Shown: piece after piece, positions 22,935 to 34,035 of the stretch | How positions within the stretch are numbered: the first letter of the stretch is position 1 | Layout: each line of letters starts with the position of its first letter | Assembly (NCBI GenBank): GCA_028534125.1 | Contig: CM052818.1 | Location: forward strand, 45,014,001-45,078,000 | From: Lama glama | Lineage: Eukaryota | DNA: 64,000 bases | Direction: 5' to 3' | Notes under the pieces: generated by a model | Told to the model about the DNA's origin: nothing | Database searches by the model: none | Seen by the model: the letters and a program-made list of their open reading frames with translations, nothing else | Made by a program: the position numbers and the translations under genes

Positions 22935-24620
22935 TAGACAACCCAAATTGTAACGAACCTCTATTGTTAAGTTTACACTTGAGTATATTTTCTTTCCTTT
23001 TTTTGCTACAGGAATGGAGTACACTTTAAAGTGGCTTTTGTTTTCACATATGGAAGTTACTGATTTTTCTGTATTCATTTTATAACCTGTTACTTTCTCT
23101 AAATTCTTATTGTTTGTAGTTTTTTTTTCCACTGGCATTTTGAGGTTTTCACAAAAAAAGAAAGGAAATGATATAATTGTATCATTTGCAGACAGAAATT
23201 TTCCTCTTTCTAATTCTTAAGCCTCTTCTTGCATTGTCTTGCCTAATTGCATTGGCTGACACTCCAACACAATGCTAAATAGTAATGGTAGTAAAAGACA
23301 TCCTTGTCTTGTTCTTGACTTTAGTGAAAATCTTCTATGTTTTCCATTTAATGCAATGTTGGATTTTGCATATATATTTTCCCCATATATATGTATATAT
23401 GATATCATGTTAACAAAATATTCTTGAATTCCTATTTTATTGACTATTTAACATGAATAAGTTTTGGATTTTGCCAACTGCCTCTTCTATTTTGTTTCTT
23501 AGCACTATTAATATGATGGATTGTATTAACTTCCTAATATTGTATCAACCTTGCATTTCTGGGCTAAACTGCATTTGATCGTAATATATCATCCTTAATC
23601 AACTGTTGGATTCTGGCTGCTAATATTCTAGTTAAGGTTTTTACATTGATGTTCATAGGTAAGGTGTGTCTGTATAGATTTTTTTTGGTTTTTGGGGGGA
23701 TGAGGAATAAATGCATCAGGTGTGTGGCTCAATATTATGCTCGTTTTTATATCATTTGGAACAATCCCTTCTTTTCCTATGTTCTGCAATAACACAAGTA
23801 ACATTGGGATTATCTGTGCATAAGAGGTTTGGTGGAGTTTGCCAGTGAAGCCATCCGAGCCTGGTTGGTTTGGGGGGTGGCAGTGATCCTGTGGAGTCCC
23901 TTGAACTTCTTTATTTTCTCCAAATTGGCTCACTCCCATCAATCTTGGTAAATTGTAATTTTTGTACAGTATTATCCGTTTTATACAAGTCTTCAAATAT
24001 ATTTGCATAGAATTTCGCAAAGTAGTCTCACTTTTCGAATCCGTTTTGACGTTTATTTCCCACTGGTCATTTCTGATTTTTTGCTTTTGTGTTTTCTTTC
24101 CTGATTAGATTATCTAGTGGTTTGTCTATTTTGTTGATGTTTTTCACCTAAACAACAAAAAATTTAAAATTATTTCTACTGTTTTCTTTCTTTACCCCTT
24201 GAAATAATGTTTTATCATTATTGAGTTTTCTAGTTTCTTCTCTTTTCCAGCCTTTTGAATTTATATTTAATTCATTGCTTTTATTTTCTCCATTTTTATT
24301 ATTATAAGAATTTAATATATATATATTTTTCTGACAATTACTTTTGCAATATCCTTTTGATTCTGATATGTCATGTTTTTATTCCATTATTTTCAAGATA
24401 TCATGTAAACTCATTCTGTAGTTTCCATTTGTCCTAAGGATTGTTCAATAGTATGTATTTTAATTCCAGGTAGAAGAGCTTTTGCATTTATTTTATTATT
24501 AATGTTACTACTCTTGTTGCATTATGATCAGAGGATATTGTTTGTGCAATTTCCATTCTTAGAGATTCACTAAGATTTTCTTTGTGACCTAAGATAGTTA
24601 ATTTACACAAATGTGCTATC
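22935..24620 (-). mobile_element. Decayed L1M ORF2 (RT region)
   Basis: Minus ORFs give KVTGYKMNTEKS, NIALNG...RTRQGCLLLPLLFSIVLE and PGSDGFTGKLHQT...IIPML...IGKEG. Confidence 0.9.
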
Positions 24621-24627
24621 ACACTAA

Positions 24628-24754
24628 TTTTTTTTGGTGGGGGGGCAGGGAAAGGTAATTAGGTTTATTTATTTTTAGACAAGGTACTGGGGATTGAACC
24701 GAGGACCTTGTACATGCTAAGCATGCGCTCTACCACTTGAGCTATACCCTCCCC
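24628..24754 (-). mobile_element. tRNA-Ala-derived SINE (camelid Vic-1-like)
   Basis: Minus strand ggggagggtatagctcaagtggtagagcgcatgcttagcatgtacaaggtcctcggttcaatccccagtacc (Pol III A and B boxes), then aaataaataaacctaattacc and an A tail; diverged TSD atcacactaat/accacaatatt. Confidence 0.88.
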
Positions 24755-24789
24755 ACCACAATATTATTTAACATTAATAGATGATGCCA

Positions 24790-24905
24790 GTTTGATGAGA
24801 AAGAATAATGAGGCATACGGACTGGAAAGGAAGAGGTCAAACTACCTTGTTGTTAGACGTTATCACTGTTTAGCTGAAAAACCAAAAAGAACCAACAGCA
24901 AAAAA
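24790..24905 (+). mobile_element. L1 ORF2 fragment (FADD region)
   Basis: ggcatacggactggaaaggaagaggtcaaacta...gctgaaaaaccaaaa resembles GIRIGKEEVKL...ENPK. Confidence 0.65.
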
Positions 24906-25984
24906 GTCTACATATCCTTCAAATATAAATATATATATAATTAGAAACATAGTGTAGGACTAATTACATGGTTTGTAAACATTTTTGTATAAAAAATTCG
25001 TATCTGCCTAGATATGTTTAGCCATGCAAAGACTCTGTCTGCAGGGACATCCAAGAAGGGAAGCCACCTGTGGTCTCTTGGGGGAGAATTGAGAGACCCA
25101 AGGATTACATTGGTTTAGAGCTAAAATCTAGTCATGGTAGACGTTCCCTTTGCTCCAGAGAAATATTAGGGTGATTAGGAAATCCGGGTATCTAGGAAGA
25201 AAATGGGCCTGAGAAAAATGTTAAAGAAGAATAGAAAGACAAGTGCCCTGTGCTTGGATTGCAGACCAAGGGGACTCTCAGGGCTTGAGGAGAGACTGTG
25301 GGCTTTTGACCAGGAGAAAGCGATCAGGAGACAAGACGGAAGTTGGGTGAGTCCTGCATTCTCTCTGCTGAAAAGAGGAGGCAACTGGGGATGGATGAGA
25401 GCCATCCTGAAAAGCGGATTTCATCTCTCCAGTTTTCTTTGAACAGACGGTGTTTGTGCACTAGTTTTCCTGAAAGAACAGTGGAAAACAAGCCCATGCC
25501 TTCATGACTGCAGAATTAATGGCAAAAAACATTATTTGGGGATCACCCGAAGGGCAGAGCTTTTGTTTGGGAACTTTTTTTTTTAAGAGATAAAATTCAT
25601 GTATTTGCTCTTGGAGCTTTAAAAGCCCTTTTATGCTCTTGCTTTAAACAGTGTTGCTAATGGAATGAGAGTGTTTTTCTTCCAGTAGTGTTCTATTATT
25701 GCTTCAGAAACCCACGTGTTCAGAAAAGCCACAGTTGCCGTTTGCCACCCTGATTCCATCATTGATGGAGCCACCTGAGTTTCTAAGTGCCATTGCCAAT
25801 TCCTCTTGAATGTGGAAAATGCAGAGCCGCTTGGAATTATCCTGACAAATAGACGTCTTTGAAGAGAAAGCTCAGCCACACGCCTTCTAGTGAACAGGTC
25901 GGAAGCTGAAGTAATTCCTCGAACTCGCCGTTTGCCAGTGCTCGCTTGGACGGCTGCTGGGCTTGGAGCCAGAAGTCTTTTAGC

Positions 25985-26170
25985 AAGCCCTGGATTCACC
26001 ATTAACTTGCTCTGTGAATTTGAGTGAATCACCCGACCCTCTCATCTCAGTTTGCACCTGTTGGAGAGGAGAAGGTGCATCTTGTCCTGCAGGACCGCTG
26101 GGAAGGTTAAAAACAAAAACCACGTGCACAATCAAATAGCGCAGGGCCTGGCAGGCGATGAGGGTTCCAC
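25985..26170 (+). mobile_element. MIR
   Basis: ttaacttgctctgtgaatttgagtgaatcac...ctcagtttgcacctg...gcagggcctggca. Confidence 0.6.
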
Positions 26171-26679
26171 GTGCATTTCTGGGCTGGGGCAATGGCCCCA
26201 CACAAAGTTCCGTGGAACCACCTGGGAAACCCAAAACAAACCCAAAGCAAGGACACACCAGACCCTGACGAACACAGATCCCTGAGCCTGCCCGAGACTG
26301 ATCTTCATGGTTCTGTGCACTCTCTCCACCCACTGGCATTTGGGATCCACTGGTCCAGGGATCACACAATGTTACACAAATGAGACCACCAGGCAGGTCT
26401 CGAACTGCCGACACGCTCCGATGTCAGTATTCAGAGCAGAGCTGTTTCTATCACACCATCAGAGAGAGCACCACGAGAAAATCTTCCTTGGAACTGATTG
26501 TGGCAGAACAGATTTCCTCAAAAATGAACACAAATCGCAAAGACTGAAACATCAGAATTACCAGGAAGTAAAATTCAAACAGGAACAATTTACGCTGAGC
26601 AACAATCTGGTTGGAACTCACACTTTGTTTTTGCAGCACTTTGTCAACACCCTAAAAAGTTCCTGAGAAAAAGCTGCTG

Positions 26680-27180
26680 AGGGGGTTTGGTGCCCCCGTG
26701 CCCCGGAAAGCTACCTGGCTGCCCTGAAGGTCCGCACGAGGTAATGGCTACCTTGGCCAGTCCCCCGAAGCCCGGAGGGGGACCCACACGAACTCCACTC
26801 CCAGAGTCCTCGGGGTGGATCGTCCCCTAACGTTTTCAGGGCCAGGCCAGAGCAGGAGTGGAGGCCCACTGTCCACCCGCCCAGTACGGTCTGTTAAATG
26901 AAACCTCCTTCCTCGGTATGTGCGCCCAGAAGGCAAGGTTTGCTTTTTGTCTTCTTGGGCAATTCGTGCGGGTGTCGCGAGGAAAAGTGGCTGCACCGTG
27001 GCCGCAGCTCTTCCCCCTCCCTCCCACGTCTGCCCCTCCTTCTCTCCTTGCGGCCTGAGAGACGGAGCCTGAGAGAGAGATGCCTCTGTCCCCACAGCCC
27101 CACGGAGGCCGCCCCCACCTTCCCCTCCGGCCTAGAGGTGGGCACACCAACGAGCACCCTCTTTCGGAAGATGGGCTTGC
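26680..27180. promoter_or_regulatory. GC/CpG-enriched unique segment, possible regulatory element
   Basis: Locally raised CpG density (e.g. ttcgtgcgggtgtcgcgagg) and C-rich boxes; no repeat recognised. Confidence 0.3.
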
Positions 27181-27454
27181 AGCAGATTTGGGGTCATTTG
27201 GGACCATTCCAGGAGCCTGGGCATCTGGATCTTGGTCTAGGAGGGACTGGGACACGGGCTCCAGGTGGGCACAGCTCAGACTCGACCCATAGGGAAGGTC
27301 AGAGCTGCACCTGGAAAGCGTGGGGGGCTCATGGCAGCATCCACAGGCAACACTCACCTGACTTCAGGTGCAATGAAGGGTGGTCCAGGGCAGAGGAGTC
27401 GCCGAGGGTCCCCACACAGACGATGGCAGTGTGTGTTTGTGGGGCGGTGGGAAT

Positions 27455-27730
27455 AAGGGATGTGTTCTTGGTGGATAAGAAGCAGGATTTGAAAGAGGGC
27501 TTCAAAGATGAGTCAGAATCATCCAGGCAAAAAAGGGAGTGTTGGTGGAGAGGGTATTTTAGACAGAGGGAAAGCCTCCTGCAAAAGAACGGAGGTGTGA
27601 AACATACAATGTTCAGGGAAACCACATCTGATTCTTGTGGACAAGATGTGTGCTGGGTGGGTGAGTGTGTAGGGGAGGGCGAGTGATCACCCAGGTCCCT
27701 GCGGACATCACCACAAAGGGGACGGGGAAC
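27455..27730 (-). mobile_element. L2 fragment
   Basis: agggtattttagacagagggaaagcctcctgcaaaagaacggaggtgtga. Confidence 0.6.
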
Positions 27731-28479
27731 CAGTAAATCAAAGACAACATTTAGAAATAGGAGAAGAGGTCAGAGCATCCTTAGGTGACTATATTTTCAC
27801 ACACACACACACCAAGTGCTCATATAAAGTGGGCAGTTGTCACTGTATCTGCAAATTCTGTGAAGTAACATCTTATGCTCAAGCATGGATACTAGAACCA
27901 CCTGATGCTTTAAAGTTTAGATACCACGTTAATTTTTATTTGTTAGTGTTTTTCAAAGCCACAGAATGACAAAGAAACAGTTTCTGCAAGAATTTTGTTT
28001 TTAAGAGCTGCGTTTATTAGCTGCTTTTATAGCACTGGGAGCTTTCACAGGCTTCATAAGCCATGATATTGTTCCAAATAAATAAATCCAAGTCCTGCCC
28101 CAGGATATTAAGAGCAAATAGCACAGAAATCTTTCTTGTTCTCATTTTCATTTATATTATCCGACAGGCTTTTAAGAGTGCTTATTGGTGGTATCAATCT
28201 GAACAGTGGAGGCCCCTGGAGGAGAGGAGAATGTGAATTGTGAATATGATTTTTCTACCACACAAAATGAAATGGAATTTAAATCCATTACAATAGACTC
28301 CACAGGGCACACCTATTATCTTGATGCTGCAGAATTCCTCTGTAATGACTGTGCTGTTGGTATTCAAACTCCTTGCTTAGAGTGACTAAAAATGAAATGA
28401 AACAGAAGGCACAAAGAGGTACTTGGAACCCAGTAGGGGAAAGCAGGCAGCTTTCAAAATGCAGCTCTCCTACATCTTG

Positions 28480-28820
28480 GCTGATTTTGTCCAGGTGTCC
28501 ACTCTGCCCTGTGGGATTCAGGGAGAGTCATTCTCCTTTTCCGTGACTGGTTTAGGTGTAGGTATGAGAAACAACTCTTCTTTTAGCCCTTGTTAGGTTT
28601 GGAAGTGATAGCTAGACAGCTGCAGCCATCTTGCAACCATGAGGAGAGCTAGCCTAAAGACAGGTCAGTCTGCTGAGTGTGACAAAGGGGAAAGCGCAAA
28701 GAACTAGGGTCTTTGAAGATGTTATTAAGTCACTGAGTTAACCAATCCTGGACCCATTTTGCCTTGGAAAGCTTTATTGGGTAAGATAATACATTTTTCT
28801 TTCTGCAATTGACAGCCTCT
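28480..28820 (+). mobile_element. Old MLT1 (K/L-like) LTR
   Basis: agctgcagccatcttgcaaccatgaggagagctagcct...gggtctttgaagatgttattaagtcactgag. Confidence 0.65.
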
Positions 28821-29089
28821 TCACCAACAGAGAAGGAAATTTCCTTTTCTAATCTCCCCACATCTCTCTTCTTCTGGGATCTTTATGTGAGGGTAGTAAA
28901 TTCATAAGATTAGCTTGAAAGTTCTGGAGGGTTCTTTGGAGACTGGTGAAGGTCTTTGCCTTAGAGAGGATAAGGGGAAACTTGTAAGTAAAAACACACA
29001 AAAAAAGCGAGAGAGGACAGTTCAGATATCTTATAATCTTACCTGATACAATGTTTATGTACAGACACATATTCTTCATACCAGGAGCT

Positions 29090-29275
29090 CATGTGGTGAT
29101 ACAGAAACACCACTGGACTGCGAGTCCAAAGGCTAAATACCAGTTTCTGCTTTTCACTAGCTCTGTTAGTGAGCTTGTGAAGGGTGTTTTGCCTTCTCTG
29201 GGCCTCAGCCTTCTCTTTTTAGAAAGAGAGGTATTCAAATAATCTCTGGGGTCCCTTTAGATTTTAGAACCTTTT
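29090..29275 (+). mobile_element. MIR/MIR3
   Basis: cactggactgcgagtcc...cactagctctgt...ttctctgggcctcagcctt...aataatctctggggtccctt. Confidence 0.6.
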
Positions 29276-30734
29276 TAAATGAATGAATAAGTTGTTGAAG
29301 AGAGTTTGCTGTAATCCGGTCAATCACCAGGACATGAATGGGCTTGTCTCATGCAGGACCTCTTTGCCCTGGGACTTCTGAGGGTAAAGGGTGTTCGCCC
29401 TGTCTACAGATGTGTGTCTGAGGACTTGAAGATTCTGTCATGGTCCCAGGCAGAGATCCTGACCTGAAATATCAGGGATGTGTATGTTTTAGATGCAAAT
29501 TTCTTTGCTCTTTCATCGGCATTTTGACCTTAAAAAAAAAAGTGCCTGCACAAATGTCGGCCCTTTGTTTGTTGGAGGGATGGTGGGTGTCCCAGCTTTG
29601 GGGACGAGCCTGTGTCTTCTCTGCATGAGGAGACGCATGCCTGTTGGCTTTGTTATCCCTGGGTAGACTGTTCTGGAACCTGAGGAGGAGGTAGACAGGT
29701 ATTCCACAGGATTAGTCACAGGAGAAATGTCTCTGTCACAAGGTTTCTTCCTGTAATTGTTCACAGGAATCTTCCCAGTTCGAAAAGGAGTGAATAAGAC
29801 ATACGTTTTATTTGACTGAATGAAAGCCATTGGAGCTTCCTGGGTAAGGTGGTTATTGATGACTTGTTTTAGATTTGTGGGGGAAGGGAGGATGTATTTT
29901 GAATAAATTGTAATCATCAACAGATTTCCTGGCCAAATGCTTACACTGGAGACACCATTTCTTTTTCCCTCGTTTAGCCTAGACCACGTGGCTGCACATT
30001 TCTTTGTGTGGCTCTTTCTTCCTTTCCAATTATGAAGGATGGAGACCTATTTTGCAGATGAGGCAGTGAAGGTGGAAGGACAATACATGACTTGTCTAGA
30101 GTCTCACACATACTAAGTGGTACAGTTGGGCCAGCATCTAAACCTCAGACCTCTTTCTACTGCCTCCTCTGAATGCTTTTCATCTGAAATGGGAGTGAGA
30201 TGAGACGGTGAGGGTGGCAGGAGGGATGGGGATGGATAAACCTAGAAAGGTGGCACGGTCCAGATTGCAGAAGACTGGCGCTCGAAGTGAAGGTGTTGAG
30301 AGCACGCTTTAGGTGGCTGGACCCCACCCTTGCAGGAAAACAACAGCATCGAAATTTGTACACAGTTCAGAGCAGGAGACAGTGTTCCTATGGGGACAAA
30401 GGTGTTTGCGACTCATCCAGCAAGACTTAGAGCCTCTTAAACATGCTTTTGGTTGTGAAACTGTTTCCACCGAGTCAATTTTAACATTATCTTCTCCTTC
30501 TCAGAGTTTGCATCCTGTCTGGATGGTTTTTTTTTTTTGGTATATAATTCATATTTATCCATTCATTTGGCAAACTGATTTTCTGCTATATTCATGATGC
30601 CTTGGTAAGCCCTCTAGGACTGAGCCCCGCAGTTAATCTGAATCACCACCGGACTTCTCCCCGGATACCTCCTCTTCCTCTTCCACCCTGGAAAGGTCCG
30701 CTTTTGGTTTGCAAGAGTCCATTTTAAATATTAA

Positions 30735-30982
30735 TAATAGAAGTTGGAGTGAATGACATATGTTTATGCACTTTATATAAATTATCTTTTTAAATGTATT
30801 TCGGTTAATTGTTTCCCTTAATTTCATTCTTACAACAACCCTGTGAGGTTCTCTTCTTCCCATTCACAGATGAGGATACCAAAGCTGGAAAAAACTAACT
30901 CGTTTGCACAAAGACTGTTGCAGGTACAGAATCCAGATCAGAACTGCGTTCCTCCAAGTCTCTGCTCTTAACCCCCACACTG
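30735..30982 (-). mobile_element. MIR
   Basis: cattcttacaacaaccctgtgagg...cccattcacagatgaggatacc. Confidence 0.7.
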
Positions 30983-30984
30983 TA

Positions 30985-31413
30985 CAGGCAGACCTTGTTT
31001 TGTTGCACTTTGCTTTACTGCGCTTCAAAGATACTGCGTTTCTTACAAATGGAAGGTTTGTGGCAACCCGTGAGCCGAGCAAGTCTATGGTGCCATTTTT
31101 CCAACAGCATTTGCTCACTTCCTGTCTCTGTGTCATGTTTTGGTAATTTTTGCCATATTGCAAACCCTCTGCCAGCAAAAAGATTACGATTTGCTGAAGG
31201 CTCAGATGATGGTTAGCATTTTTTAGTGCTGGTTTTTAAATTACTGTTTATACATTGTTATTTTAGACAAAGTTAATCAGCACTGAGTAGACTACAGTAT
31301 AGTGTGAACATAGCTTTTATATGTCAAAAAAATTGCGTGACTCTCCTTATTGTGGTATTCGTTGTATTGCAGTGGTCTGGAACCGAACCCATAACATCTC
31401 TGAGGTGTGCCTG
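30985..31413 (+). mobile_element. Internally deleted Tigger1 (Tigger1a-type) DNA transposon
   Basis: TA|caggcagaccttgttttgttgc...gaaggtttgtggcaaccc...gtggtctggaaccgaaccc...gaggtgtgcctg; both TIRs present. Confidence 0.92.
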
Positions 31414-31451
31414 TCCCTGAGGTGTGCCTGCCCCGTCCCCCACAGTGATTG

Positions 31452-32005
31452 TGTTGCAGAAAAGCATGTGACAGCTCAGTGTTATAGTTCAGTGTTACAG
31501 CACAGTTGTGACAGCAACCTGGATCCAGGCTGGAGACCACTCGGAGAGTTAGAGAACTCAGGTTTATTACACCACCGGGCCCAGACGAGTTAACACTCCA
31601 AGCTCTAGACCCTGCCTGTAGGTTTACAGAGGCTTTTACAGGCTGCCAGTTTACACTTTGCAACATCGTATGCAAATAAGGTATAACAAAAGTTGACTAA
31701 TTAGGAATAAGCTTTGTAGAAATGGATCAATCAGGAGGAAGAGAAATGGACCAGTCAGGAGTAGAGGAATGGACCAATCAGGAGTGAGCTCCATGCAAAT
31801 AAAGCACTGCAAATGGACCAATCAGGAGTTAGCTCAGGGAACCAATAGAATTTTAGGGGTAAGTTCCACTTTCTTAGAAGTAAGCCTTTCAGAGGCAAAA
31901 AGTGAGATAAAGCCGCTGGGCCAGGGAACCAGAGGGTGCTAGCAGGAGAGTAGTGGCCCTGCCTGGGGGTCTGCGGGTGTTTTTTTTATGGGGCTTCCCT
32001 CCTCA
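31452..32005 (-). mobile_element. ERV1-class solo LTR, 554 bp, perfect 4-bp TSD
   Basis: TG...CA termini; ATTG at 31448-31451 and 32006-32009; minus-strand AATAAA at 31563-31568; tandem cagtgttacag-like units. Confidence 0.88.
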
Positions 32006-32084
32006 ATTGTCCTCGAAGAGCAGAATATCAGCTGCTATCAGCAGTGTGCACCTCAGGATGAACTAGTTCATTCACATTAGCAAT

Positions 32085-32295
32085 GCACATCTCTTAAGCA
32101 GTTTGCACTTTGCAAAGCACCTTGATGTGTGCTGGGTGCTTGTAACAACCCTACAAAGTCGGTGTTAATCTCCTCCCATCTACGGATGAGGAAATTGGAG
32201 GTATTTGCTCCCTGACATCTGGCTAGGGAGTGGTGGGGTGGTGGTTTGAACTCAGGCTTTCTAGCTGTTGCCTGTGGGTTTTTCACCACCACAAG
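32085..32295 (-). mobile_element. MIR
   Basis: taacaaccctacaaag...cccatctacggatgaggaaattggagg...tttgaactcagg. Confidence 0.7.
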
Positions 32296-33239
32296 CAGAG
32301 TCTCCTTGACGCCAAATGAGATCAGGGCACTAGGGGGACAAGGACAGGGACATAAACATGCACACCCTCAGGGCTCCAGGGCCTCCAGGGCTCCAGGACT
32401 GCCTGTCCTTGGTGTCCTTTCTCAGATATTTCAGTGTGAAAAGGGAAGATTCCGAGATGTTATGGCCTTAAGTGTTACAGACAGTAAAAGTCAGTAATAA
32501 TCTGAAGTTTAGGTATGATGGATTTTTAATCTTATTTAATCAAATTCATCTTGTTTTCAGATAACCCGATAAAAATGCTTTGTTATTTCATCTAAATCTC
32601 AAACACATACTGAGAAACCTCAAATTCACATGTTAAGAACCAATCCTGCTTCTCCAGGTCACTAAGCAAACATTACAAAATCCATTTACCCAAGATTCTA
32701 CTGCAGTGTCTCTAGACAGCCCCCACGAGTCTGCCCATTAGGTGGGAAAAAAATACCTTTTGGCACTTCAAAGGCTTTCCGCCAAAGAACACCTCTCACC
32801 AAGCAGAAGGAATCTGATCCCCCAGCTGGAATGATACAAGTGGAATTAAATATTTTTAAATGATGTCTTGATAGTTGTTGAAATTCCTGGGCCTCTGCTG
32901 TGACTTGACAGCTTGGTAATTGCTAATTTGCTTTTATGCTAATTTAACTCAATCCTGTTTGATGGTTTTCCTGGTTAACTCGTAAGACTTGTTGATTGAG
33001 TTGGGACAGCCCTTCCAGCCTGACTCAGGCGTGCACAGGAGTAGGGCGTGGAGGGCAGGGGCTGCGCCTCACCCAGTGTGCCCCCCACAGCCCTGCAGCC
33101 CCCGCACCTGATACAGGAAGATGCTCAGGACTATGCATCTCATGGGCAGAGGCTGTAAAAGGGAGCATGGTTTTCCAAAGGGGAAGTTAGTGATTCCCCA
33201 GCCCCGCAAACGTTCATTTACAGGCACCACAGGCAGCCG

Positions 33240-33440
33240 ATTTAGCAGAAAGAGCATAAGTTTTAGAGTAAGATGTGGCTGGATTCAAATCATTTCTCTG
33301 CCATTCACTAGCTGAATGACTTTGGGAAAGTCACTTAAACTCCCTGGATGTGTTTCCTCATCTACAAAATGCAAATCATGTATCTACCTTAGGATGTTGT
33401 GTGTATTTAAAGAATTAATATATGCAAATACCAGCAGTGT
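33240..33440 (+). mobile_element. MIR
   Basis: ggattcaaatc...cactagctgaatgactttgggaaagtcacttaaactccctg...tttcctcatctacaaaatg. Confidence 0.8.
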
Positions 33441-33442
33441 AT

Positions 33443-33829
33443 TGTCTTAGTCAGCAGGAGCAGCCATAACAAAATACCTCAGACTGGGTGACTTACACAA
33501 CAGACATCTATTCCTCAAGGTTCTGGAGGCTGGAAGTCCAAGATCAAGGTGCTGTGGGTTCCATTTTTGGTGAGCACGCTCTACCTGGCTTGCAGATGGT
33601 GACCTTCGCCCAGTATCTTCCAGGACCTTTCTTGGGTGCATGCACAGAGACAGAGAGAGAAAGAGGGAGAAATCTGTCTCCCTCCCACTTATAAAGCCAC
33701 CAATCCTAGTGGATTAGGACCCTACCCTTAAGACCTCATTTCACCTTAATTACCTACTAAAAGCCCAGTCTCCAAATCCAATCACTTGGGAGTTAGGGCT
33801 TCAACACACAAATGTAGGTGGGGACAGCA
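33443..33829 (-). mobile_element. MLT1A-type LTR
   Basis: tgtcttagtc...gccataacaaaatacctcagactgggtg...ttctggaggctggaagtccaagatcaaggtg...ttagggcttcaac. Confidence 0.9.
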
Positions 33830-34035
33830 TCTTATAATTTTCAGAGTACAGGTCCTTTGCCTCCTTAGGTAGGTTTATTCTTTTTGATGCGATGGTAAAT
33901 GGGATTGTTTCCTTAATTTCTTTTTCTGCTTTTTTTTTTGTTAATATATAGAAATGCAACTGATTTATCTATATTAATTTTGTATTCTGCAACTTTACTG
34001 AATTCACTGATGAGCTCTAGCATTTTCTGGTAGCA
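33830..34035 (-). mobile_element. L1 ORF2 fragment (relatively young)
   Basis: tatatagaaatgcaactgattt...attttgtattctgcaactttactgaattcactgatgagctctag is antisense LELISEFSKVAEYKINI.KSVAFLY. Confidence 0.85.

Noticed and set aside
24680..24754. tRNA-Ala gene
   Set aside because: Carries a SINE tail, A-tract and TSD, and the acceptor-stem 3' end is altered, so it is a SINE head
26898..27686. Longest ORF (262 aa) as a protein-coding gene
   Set aside because: No recognisable domain, composition typical of GC-rich chance ORFs, and its 3' part runs through an antisense L2 fragment
31720..31830. CRISPR-like repeat-spacer array
   Set aside because: Eukaryotic DNA; the 18-mers have irregular 5-26 bp spacers and lie within an LTR U3 region; no cas genes
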